Virus record (IMG/VR): IMGVR_UViG_3300009537_000009
Span: 1-60,801 of that record
DNA length: 60,801 nucleotides
Source of the DNA: a virus
Lineage: Duplodnaviria > Caudoviricetes
Reading direction: 5' to 3' (one strand)
Positions 53,172 to 60,801 of the stretch are shown here, in pieces (position 1 is the first letter of the stretch; every line of letters starts with the position of its first letter). Both the position numbers and the translations under genes were made by a program. The notes beneath the pieces were generated by a model. It did not search any database and was not told where the DNA came from. It worked only from the letters and a program-made list of their open reading frames with translations.

Positions 53172-53254
53172 GTATCTCCAAATTCCTTGGAATGGGGATG
53201 GTCATCCATACCACCCCCACTCCGATATAACGACTCAGCAACGTCCTTTAGTCG

Positions 53255-54796
53255 TTAACCCTTTATAAAATCAGATATCACGGCAGGGACTCCCGCATCA
53301 AACCCGACTACATCCATTGCGCCGCCATCCTCCGGATCAGCAATCGTGAATCCCGTAGAGGTCATACCAACCACCACCAACTTGGCGTGGATTCCCATGG
53401 CCGAACGGTATCTTCGTAGCGCCTCCATCGGCTTCATTTTCCCCGCCCATGTTTCATTGTCAGTGTAGACAATGAAGGCATCGTAAGACTTCTTCTCTAG
53501 AAGAGCAACTTGCATCGGAAGAGAACAGTCGGTTGCACCGAACGGTAGTCCATGCACCGCCTTCATAGCTGCATTCAGATTCCACCCACGAGCAATAGGC
53601 AGCTTTGTGATGCTATTACAGAACCCATACACATCCGCACAGTCCTCTACATTCACCGTAACCAGGCTCATGGCGGTAGCAGCCATTCTGACAGACATGG
53701 AACCATTGAACGGAAGCCCCATTGACCCCGATACATCGAGACCAATCATGATACGCTTCCCTGTTGGTTCAACATTCACAAATGCATCATGAAAGGCGTT
53801 ATTGAGCGCGCCCACAATAAGAGCAGAGGAGTTACCCTCCTTCTTATACTCGCTCATTGCAATCAAGACAGACATCGGATGCACCATTGAACCACGGATG
53901 CCCCTCAGCTTCTGCACTACTAGCTCTTCGCACTCACGATTGAAGACACCGTAGTTGCTCATGTTGCGCAGATTACGGATCATTGCAGTCATCGGCATGT
54001 TGGGTAGCATGGCCCTCCACACACCCGCATCCTTCAACACCTCGGTTGACAAATACTCTCTTGGGGTGTGATGGTTTTGCACGAGAAAGTCCACCACCTT
54101 CTCGGGATTGGTCTCGTTGCGGATAGATTCGTATGTGTGAACAGCCTGTGGTGCCTGTGGAGTCACCTTGCCGCCAACCGCCCAACCAAACAACGCATTA
54201 TGTTTTTCGCTGACCGGCTTAACATGGGCGAGGCGCAGTACATCTCTATGCGTCCATCCCTCACGGTTCCGGTACTTGGTCATGCCGAAAGCAAGAGCAT
54301 GTATGTCACGCGAGTACCACTCCCCCACAACCTTACGAATAAGACTGCCCCACTTTCCACCCAACTGCTTGCGGTACTGTAGGAACATGAATAAGTGAGT
54401 AGGAATACGGCAGATATCACCCAGCCTGGAAAGAGCCAAACTCCTAACAGCTACCCTTTTATCCACTGAGGCAACAGCCAGCGCGAATATTTGTGGGTCT
54501 ACCTTGTGGGCCAGTCCGTTTACGTTGACATCCACTATAATGTCGATTGCTCTCTCTGCGTCTGACCTGAGAGCAGTCAAGATGGCCTCATAATTGCCAG
54601 CCACCATCTCCCGCTTCGAGACGTAGAATGTCGCCCCGTCCGCGCCGAGAATAAGAAACCTTCTCAGGCGATCAAATTCATTCAGCCCATAAACAAACCC
54701 ACCCGCGTTGTTCATGACTTCTCGTGGGTCGGAGCGCACCGTTTGTGGCGTCACCCGATGACGATCAATTGCGTAATTCTGCATTTTGCTACTCAT
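53255..54796 (-). CDS. rsr: Ro60 (TROVE + vWA) RNA-binding protein
   Basis: NNAGGF, RLRRFLILG, KYRNREGWTHRDVLRLAH, MP.TA.IRNL, MIDAS DVSGSM, YTDNETW, GFTIADP.D..MDVVGFD. Confidence 0.95.
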   Translation of the reverse strand: MSSKMQNYAIDRHRVTPQTVRSDPREVMNNAGGFVYGLNEFDRLRRFLILGADGATFYVSKREMVAGNYEAILTALRSDAERAIDIIVDVNVNGLAHKVDPQIFALAVASVDKRVAVRSLALSRLGDICRIPTHLFMFLQYRKQLGGKWGSLIRKVVGEWYSRDIHALAFGMTKYRNREGWTHRDVLRLAHVKPVSEKHNALFGWAVGGKVTPQAPQAVHTYESIRNETNPEKVVDFLVQNHHTPREYLSTEVLKDAGVWRAMLPNMPMTAMIRNLRNMSNYGVFNRECEELVVQKLRGIRGSMVHPMSVLIAMSEYKKEGNSSALIVGALNNAFHDAFVNVEPTGKRIMIGLDVSGSMGLPFNGSMSVRMAATAMSLVTVNVEDCADVYGFCNSITKLPIARGWNLNAAMKAVHGLPFGATDCSLPMQVALLEKKSYDAFIVYTDNETWAGKMKPMEALRRYRSAMGIHAKLVVVGMTSTGFTIADPEDGGAMDVVGFDAGVPAVISDFIKG

Positions 54797-54919
54797 GTGA
54801 ATTAAAGGGTTGTAATGTCAAGGTGCGTGAATGGAGTGTACTCAAACACAAGGTTGATAATCCACTCACATCGGACATTACGAAACGTATTATACATCGA
54901 ATCCATGGCGGTGTCAAGC

Positions 54920-55135
54920 CTAAAACCACCCCAAAATACCCCCAATCGGGGCCACAACAGCACCAAATAATCTTGCAAACACCTCACCACCACACTCATC
55001 GACACGGAAAAGCTTTACAAGATTAATTACCCACCCCGACACAAACGCCACCACCACTAGAATCACCGCAACACCCACATAAGTAGAAAGATTTTTTAAC
55101 TTAATAATCATACTGCACATACCCCGCTCATACAT
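54920..55135 (-). CDS. Small membrane protein
   Basis: GWVINLVKL...R..G.VVAPIG.ILGWF. Confidence 0.7.
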   Translation of the reverse strand: MYERGMCSMIIKLKNLSTYVGVAVILVVVAFVSGWVINLVKLFRVDECGGEVFARLFGAVVAPIGGILGWF

Positions 55136-56766
55136 TGTTCCTCTGAGTTTTCATCAAATATTACGTTCCTCTTGGAGATGGCCTCCTCATAAGGAACCTT
55201 TGTGATTGGTTGTCCGCCCCTGCCACCAGCCGGGTAGCAAGTAAGTCCCCTTAGTCGTGGCGCGTATTGTGCCACAATTCGAGAGAAGTTGTCAACCATA
55301 TCTGGATTGTTCTCTGGACTTCCCCATTCGGGAAGGTTGATGGTTGAACTTATCGCGTGGTCCACATACTCCTGCACATCGGCTTGGAAAGATATTCTGC
55401 GCTCGTAATCCACCGCCAAATCCACAGATGTTTCAATCATGCCCGGTCCTATACCGGAGTCTATCTGTTGTTGCGCCGCCTGATCCACATGGTATGTCAT
55501 CTTCCATTTATTACCGTCCGCCAGGTATCTCCTTTTATACGCCACTGCATACACTGGCTCTATGCCGGATGTGGTTGCCGCAAGAATAGAAATCGTACCT
55601 GTCGGGGCAATCGCCCTGTATCCCTTGGGTCGAGACAAGTAGAACCTGTCACAATGTTCATTGGCAGACTTCTCAGACTCCTCTTTATAGACTGTCAGCC
55701 ACTCGCGCAGTTCGTCGCTCATTCCATACTTCTGCCCACGTTTCAGCATCCACTCATGAACCCCCATCAAACCAAGCCCAAGCCGTCTGTTCTTGCGCCT
55801 TACATCGTACACTCTTGGGTAAGGTAGATCAGCCCTCATGGTTCCGCACACAAGGAACTTTGAGGCGGCGGAAACAATATCACGGAACTCATCAATGGTA
55901 TCGATGGAACCCATATTAACGCTCCCAAGATTGCACACGTCAGAGTCGTCGCTCGATGTTATCTCCGTGCAAGCGTTACGGAGCGTCTCCCCTTGGTGCT
56001 CTCCAAAGTTAAACGAAAACCCGGGCTCCCCCGTCATCAACGCCTGACGACAGTTATCGACGAATATCTGTGGCAGATTTCCCCCGGAAACCATACGAAG
56101 AAACTCATCATCATAGTTAAGAGAAATATTCATTGTATCGAGAGGAGCCGCCGCATTGAAGTCCTGCTCTTTAAGCTGGGAAAAGGTAACGCCACATGTC
56201 CCAACCTCCATGTCATGCCAATTCTTGGCAGTCAAGAAGTGGTCAGCGTCTCCATGCTGCCAGTTAAGGGAGCCATACAAGGCAGACCTTCTCGATCCAC
56301 CCTGCATAACATTTCTCCCAACTTCCCCCAACACCTTCAACAACGGAATAGGCCCGGAGGATATACCACCAGTGCGACTAAGCGTCTCCCCTGATGGTCG
56401 AGCAATGCTTACGTCTGCGCCTATCCCTCCTCCGGTCATGAGACAGGCCATCGCCCTATAGGTCAGTTCAGCCCACGCTTCCCGCGTGTCCTCCTCCAGC
56501 TTGAGCAGATAACAGTTGTTCCAGAACTTGGCCTTGCGTCCAGCATAATAAATATACCTCCCCCCCGGCATAAACTTCATCAGCCGGATGGTCTCGGTTA
56601 GGAAATCCCTCGTGCTCTTGTCCATAATTGGATCAGCAGTGCCGCCAATTGTTCCACAAACAGAGTCTGTAATGGCGTGTGATCTGGCCCTCCATGTATC
56701 GTAATCTTGTAGAGCGTACTTTTTCTTGAATACTTCATACGCCAGTTTGTTTTTGAATTCTTCCAA
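55108..56766 (-). CDS. nrdJ: Class II (adenosylcobalamin-dependent) ribonucleotide reductase
   Basis: FMPGGR, NNCY, GGGIG, RRSA, NACTEI, CNLGS, APTGTIS, C-terminal CMSGVC; no beta-subunit gene seen. Confidence 0.9.
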   Translation of the reverse strand: MEEFKNKLAYEVFKKKYALQDYDTWRARSHAITDSVCGTIGGTADPIMDKSTRDFLTETIRLMKFMPGGRYIYYAGRKAKFWNNCYLLKLEEDTREAWAELTYRAMACLMTGGGIGADVSIARPSGETLSRTGGISSGPIPLLKVLGEVGRNVMQGGSRRSALYGSLNWQHGDADHFLTAKNWHDMEVGTCGVTFSQLKEQDFNAAAPLDTMNISLNYDDEFLRMVSGGNLPQIFVDNCRQALMTGEPGFSFNFGEHQGETLRNACTEITSSDDSDVCNLGSVNMGSIDTIDEFRDIVSAASKFLVCGTMRADLPYPRVYDVRRKNRRLGLGLMGVHEWMLKRGQKYGMSDELREWLTVYKEESEKSANEHCDRFYLSRPKGYRAIAPTGTISILAATTSGIEPVYAVAYKRRYLADGNKWKMTYHVDQAAQQQIDSGIGPGMIETSVDLAVDYERRISFQADVQEYVDHAISSTINLPEWGSPENNPDMVDNFSRIVAQYAPRLRGLTCYPAGGRGGQPITKVPYEEAISKRNVIFDENSEEQCMSGVCAV

Positions 56767-56815
56767 TTACATAGCCTCAAAAAATAGGGAGGACATTGCG
56801 CCCTCCCCGAATTAC

Positions 56816-57100
56816 TTATCCATGAAGCCCAAGATTGTTGAATGCTTCATCCAGCCGTGCGGCTCGCGCCCGGAGGCCACGCATATAATCTTGGACTGCT
56901 CTACCAACCGCCTTGTGTCTTCCTGTTTTCTTTACCGGCTGATCTTTGGGGCTGCACACAGCATTTCCTCTCCCCACCACAACACCATAAGCATTGGTTA
57001 GTGTCGCGTATGTATCGTACTGAATGCACCTACCTTGGGCAAATTTCTTCTCGTACCACACATCTAATTTCAGACCATCTGGAATCTTTGGTTCACTCAT
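56816..57100 (-). CDS. Hypothetical protein
   Basis: G.AVCSPKDQ..KKTGR..AVGRA. Confidence 0.7.
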   Translation of the reverse strand: MSEPKIPDGLKLDVWYEKKFAQGRCIQYDTYATLTNAYGVVVGRGNAVCSPKDQPVKKTGRHKAVGRAVQDYMRGLRARAARLDEAFNNLGLHG

Positions 57101-57110
57101 ACCTCACCTA

Positions 57111-57494
57111 TCAAAAAGGAATGTCATCATCATTACCATGATCCGGAGACTGATCATGGTCTTGCCTTGGCTCATCGCCGCGACTGTCCAAGAACGTGAA
57201 GGAGTCTCCAACTATTTGTGCAGTGACTCTCTTCACTCCGTTCTTGTCTTCCCACTCGTCATACTGCAATCTCCCGACGAGGGCGATCTTACTACCCTTG
57301 TGAAAATGCTCCCCGACCACCTCACCGCGCTTACCAAAAAATACAACACGATGCCAGTCAGTAAACTCTGCCTCACCTTTCTTATGTGAGGTGGCCACAC
57401 TGATACTGGTTATACAGGCTCCCGAGGAGCTATACCTTATCTCAGGGTCTTGTCCAAGGTTACCTACAATAGTAACCGATGCTATACCGCTCAT
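57111..57494 (-). CDS. ssb: Single-stranded DNA-binding protein
   Basis: GNLGQDPE, TDWHRV, KGS...GRL, C-terminal DDDIPF. Confidence 0.95.
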   Translation of the reverse strand: MSGIASVTIVGNLGQDPEIRYSSSGACITSISVATSHKKGEAEFTDWHRVVFFGKRGEVVGEHFHKGSKIALVGRLQYDEWEDKNGVKRVTAQIVGDSFTFLDSRGDEPRQDHDQSPDHGNDDDIPF

Positions 57495-57503
57495 CTAGTT
57501 TCC

Positions 57504-58247
57504 TCAAAAAACCGGAGGATCATAATTCTTTATGATCTTCCAGAGTTTAAATAATGACAGGAAGATTTCCAGCCCCCTGTCCGCTTCTTCATCTGACCAT
57601 ACTTTGTATTTTACCAGAGCCGCGCTAGTCCTGTCAACAAAAACATTCGCTATCTTTCTCTTGCCGATCATATGAGAGTAGGCAGATAGCTGCACAACAT
57701 TCTCGGTGTAGGCAATCTTCTCCGGATCGCTAGCATGTGTCAGATCACGAGACTTTATATCTATCAACCATTCATCGTTGAAAGCGTCCGGAGTGCCAGC
57801 ATACCCGAGTCCAGATACAGAACTCTTTTCGCACGTCCAGCCCCACCCAAACCCAACCTTGATAATCGACACCGCTGGCGCTACGCTCGGTACTACCACC
57901 CCACCGCTTAACGCTGTATCGATATCAGCATGTATCTTATCTCCGAGAGCAGCCTTCTCATCCACATACTCTTTAAGCTTGGCGTGGCACATACGAAACA
58001 GTTTATCGGGTCTCGCTGATGGGTACTGTCTCGCAGATTCAACAGCAAACTTCACGAGCATTTCCTGCTGCCACCTCTCAATGGCAGGGTTATACATCAC
58101 ATCCTTTGTGATGGTTGAGACTGATGGGTACAATCCCATCTTCCTCGCGTCTCTCAGTGTTGGCGGTCTGACAGAACCATTCGACCCCACCACCTCCGTC
58201 ACCAGCTTACCGTCTCTGGAATACCAGTGGCTCAAGGGGTTGCCCAC
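57504..58247 (-). CDS. PD-(D/E)xK exonuclease
   Basis: PSVSTI, G..IH, YAGTPD...IDIKS, QLSAY. Confidence 0.8.
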   Translation of the reverse strand: MGNPLSHWYSRDGKLVTEVVGSNGSVRPPTLRDARKMGLYPSVSTITKDVMYNPAIERWQQEMLVKFAVESARQYPSARPDKLFRMCHAKLKEYVDEKAALGDKIHADIDTALSGGVVVPSVAPAVSIIKVGFGWGWTCEKSSVSGLGYAGTPDAFNDEWLIDIKSRDLTHASDPEKIAYTENVVQLSAYSHMIGKRKIANVFVDRTSAALVKYKVWSDEEADRGLEIFLSLFKLWKIIKNYDPPVF

Positions 58248-58702
58248 CTTGGCAATTGCGGGGGAGCAACAATGCGCCTTCGTTCATCCATATCCACCCA
58301 CACATTGGGCAGGTAATAAAGATATCTGCCAACACCAAACCTCACGGCGGCACGCTTGAATGCGTCTGAGCTCGCCCCTTTCTCGCCCTCAATGTCGGTT
58401 TCTCCGGCTCCGTCAGCCTTCCATATCCATTCATTAGCGATTTGGATACCGATATTGCAGATGATACCGGACCTTACATCCGTATACGTACACTGCCACT
58501 TATCCCAACCAACCACATCATCAAGACGCTTCATCGCATCCCTTGCGTTGATGTAAGCCAGCGCAATACACTTGGTTTTTTCACGGTTGGTAGCCCCAGG
58601 TCGCCAATGAATGGCATCAACCGGAAATGGCTGTTTGAGACGCTCGTAGATTATCTGAGCCGTGGTCTGGTAACCAGCCTTATCAGATTGTTTATCAGTC
58701 AC
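58232..58702 (-). CDS. Rad52/Rad22-family single-strand annealing protein
   Basis: LAYINAR...RLD...W, EKGASSDAFKRAAVRFGVGRYLY; probable GTG start 58702. Confidence 0.88.
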   Translation of the reverse strand: MTDKQSDKAGYQTTAQIIYERLKQPFPVDAIHWRPGATNREKTKCIALAYINARDAMKRLDDVVGWDKWQCTYTDVRSGIICNIGIQIANEWIWKADGAGETDIEGEKGASSDAFKRAAVRFGVGRYLYYLPNVWVDMDERRRIVAPPQLPRWATP

Positions 58703-59003
58703 TTTTAATCCTCCTGTACGCTGTAACAGTCTTCTCATATGGCTCCATCTCATGCACCCTGTCCTTCAGAGTAATATCCATATCATGGGGGCTGGCATCA
58801 CCGGTACATTCGGGGAATTTTATGAGAAAGTAACCCTCATCCACCCTATACACCCTGGCCCACACCTGATACCATCTATGGGTGGACATTAAAAACTCAT
58901 CCAGCAATGAGTATGAGAAGCTAACCTCATCACACACATCCTCCAATGAGATGGATAAGTCCGTCATACCGCAGGCTTCTCTTAATTTTGTTTCCGCATT
59001 CAC
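58695..59003 (-). CDS. Hypothetical protein
   Basis: Coupled ORF. Confidence 0.6.
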   Translation of the reverse strand: MNAETKLREACGMTDLSISLEDVCDEVSFSYSLLDEFLMSTHRWYQVWARVYRVDEGYFLIKFPECTGDASPHDMDITLKDRVHEMEPYEKTVTAYRRIKSD

Positions 59004-59383
59004 TGCAAGTCCTCAATATTAACGCCAAGCTCAACAGCAAGGAACTCTGTTTGAGTATTCAGGTCATCGAAATCCTGATAGGACAGAGAGGCTGTTGAGG
59101 GTGTGTAGTATACCACTGCATGGGTCTCCGGGTCAACACCCTTGAGTGTGCCAAGAAATTTGTGGCAGATGATCTGCTTCATCTCCTCGGCACTGTATCC
59201 AAGATGATTTGCCATCCTTCGAATTATCCCATGAAAGTATTTGTTCTGTGCAACACTCCGGTTGATCACATAATCCTTGATTTCCACCTGAACGGGGTGC
59301 TTCTCGTCAATCTCTATATTATCTATAGCCTCGATCACGCGGGTTCGGATGTCATCACTTCGAACAACAAAGAACTTATTCAT
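59000..59383 (-). CDS. NinB-like recombination protein
   Basis: RSVAQNKYFH...STASLS..F. Confidence 0.75.
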   Translation of the reverse strand: MNKFFVVRSDDIRTRVIEAIDNIEIDEKHPVQVEIKDYVINRSVAQNKYFHGIIRRMANHLGYSAEEMKQIICHKFLGTLKGVDPETHAVVYYTPSTASLSYQDFDDLNTQTEFLAVELGVNIEDLQ

Positions 59384-59667
59384 ATCTTCAAAATCTCTTC
59401 TCGTACTGCCCTCCTAATAGTATTCAGGCAGTGGTTCATCTGCTCCGGCAGGGAAATCGTTCCATCATGGCATTGGGCATGGTGTGAATGACAGACCGGG
59501 ATGGTCAGGAAATCATCAGCCTTGTGTCCAGTACCGCAACCGAGTATAACAGATCGAAGGTGATGTGCAAGGCTTTCTTGACGACATATACAACATGGTA
59601 ATGTTCTCACCCATCGTAGATACTTCTCAGAAACGATTCTCTTCTCTTTTGATAATCTCAAGTCCAT
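59380..59667 (-). CDS. DUF968-like HNH/zinc protein
   Basis: KYLRWVRTLPCCIC...AHH...K..D...IPVC..HH...H. Confidence 0.75.
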   Translation of the reverse strand: MDLRLSKEKRIVSEKYLRWVRTLPCCICRQESLAHHLRSVILGCGTGHKADDFLTIPVCHSHHAQCHDGTISLPEQMNHCLNTIRRAVREEILKI

Positions 59668-59989
59668 AGGTCTCCGCTTGCTTGATCATGTTTTCCGTTC
59701 CTTTCCCTCCGGGAAACACAGCAAGAACTGTGCCTCTCTCTGCCAGCACGCGGTTCCTGATTGGACCGGCAGCTTTACCCAACCTCTCCCAGTCCGCGTA
59801 GTGTATGCGATAAGGATATCCTCTGATATTTGCCCACATCAAACCGCACCAGTCCGCACCACTGGCCCCCCCTGTTAAAACCATTTTGATGGGGGAGGTC
59901 ATGGAGTATTTCTTTACGATATCATCCAGAAAGTACATGTCTCTCGTATCAAAAACATAATCTCTCCCGCCAGCCACCACAAGAATCAT
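59627..59989 (-). CDS. SLOG family (YspA/DUF2493-like) protein
   Basis: VAGGRDY, GGASGAD, ADW..GKAAGPIRN, FPGGKGT. Confidence 0.85.
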   Translation of the reverse strand: MILVVAGGRDYVFDTRDMYFLDDIVKKYSMTSPIKMVLTGGASGADWCGLMWANIRGYPYRIHYADWERLGKAAGPIRNRVLAERGTVLAVFPGGKGTENMIKQAETYGLEIIKREENRF

Positions 59990-60183
59990 CTCTCATTACC
60001 TCGTATTGTGTTTTGTTTCCTCAACCAGTCTCTATGTTCCTCCTCTGTCGCCCAACGCCTCTCCTGAGGCAACCAGAGATAGTCACCATCAATCTCTGTT
60101 AAACTATTTTTTCTGAGCACTTCCGCCATCTCGTGTATATCGGCTATTGTTGGTGGTGCCTGTGGCTGGTGATTCATAACCAA
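59986..60183 (-). CDS. Hypothetical protein
   Basis: Coupled ORF. Confidence 0.5.
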   Translation of the reverse strand: MVMNHQPQAPPTIADIHEMAEVLRKNSLTEIDGDYLWLPQERRWATEEEHRDWLRKQNTIRGNER

Positions 60184-60452
60184 CGATGCGCATTCCCCGG
60201 TGTTACTATAATATTCATCTTCCCCAGTACCCGCGCCTTGAACACCTCGGCAAGGGCTATTGCTCCTGTGGCCGAAAGACCGGCCTTGTAATACCCCACA
60301 TCGTATTGTCCCTCCCGATCATCCAATAAGATGAGTAGAGCTTTATCGGAAGGAGCTTCGCCCTCGTCATGTATAGCATCCTCCAGCATATCAACCACCG
60401 ACCACGATTTCGAGTTCTCATTATGGTCTATCAGTTTGATGATGCTGGTCAT
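60174..60452 (-). CDS. Hypothetical protein (probable start 60452)
   Basis: ATGA overlap with upstream stop; resembles 3078-3308. Confidence 0.6.
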   Translation of the reverse strand: MTSIIKLIDHNENSKSWSVVDMLEDAIHDEGEAPSDKALLILLDDREGQYDVGYYKAGLSATGAIALAEVFKARVLGKMNIIVTPGNAHRWL

Positions 60453-60702
60453 GTAGCGTACCTGCCGATCAGAATATACCCACCATCGCGTTGGTACTCT
60501 GGTTTTCCCGGCTGATAAACCGGGAGTTCTCTCACGTATGGACTGGTGTACCAAGCCACACCGTGACCCGTCCCCCAATCGAATGGGGGCTTGCGACGTA
60601 TCTCATAAACCGTGCCACTTGGTAGCAGACGTTTCGCACGACCACGGAGATATTGAGCGACAGTAACTACCCGCGCATCTATCCAAGCATCGTCGCTATG
60701 TG
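60449..60702 (-). CDS. 3' part of the junction-spanning protein that starts at 202
   Basis: In-frame continuation across the 99-bp overlap. Confidence 0.7.
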
Positions 60703-60801
60703 AACGGACACACTCACCATACTCAGCATACAAACGGACACACTCACCATACTCAGCATCATCGAGGTAGCTCCTTCGTGCGGTTACTTCCGGATCGAGG
60801 G
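60703..60801. repeat. Second copy of the 99-bp terminal overlap
   Basis: Identical to 1-99. Confidence 0.95.

Noticed and set aside
60703-60801. 99-bp end repeat as a biological direct terminal repeat
   Set aside because: Length fits an assembler k-mer overlap and it falls mid-gene

Overview
Apparently complete, circularly assembled ~60.7 kb dsDNA tailed-phage genome (bases 1-99 are identical to 60703-60801), standard genetic code, podovirus-like structural gene set. Layout: back-to-back sigma70-type promoters at 762-803 drive a T7 gp4/Twinkle-like primase-helicase operon rightwards and, across the junction, a leftward nucleotide/recombination operon (SLOG/YspA-like, NinB-like, Rad52-like, exonuclease, SSB, class II ribonucleotide reductase, Ro60/TROVE protein, phosphoesterase). 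A leftward accessory region (4.1-13.1 kb) carries six copies of a 20-bp palindrome. A 5.6-kb RNA island (13.9-19.5 kb) between terS and terL is followed by tail fibre, lysis, head, tail and ejection genes, including a 3162-aa protein. No DNA polymerase, RNA polymerase or integrase was recognised. The island is the most notable feature. By manual reading it encodes 26 tRNAs covering all 20 amino acids (many non-canonical), a 79-nt tmRNA reduced to its tRNA-like domain, a truncated GGQ release-factor-like protein, a 121-nt Y RNA-like tRNA mimic (candidate Ro60 partner) and an unclassified ~385-nt structured RNA. Five ORFs there have their stop codons inside the next tRNA. Together these suggest, by inference, a phage-encoded tag-free ribosome-rescue and tRNA-replacement system. 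All calls come from manual reading of sequence and motifs; no database searches were run.
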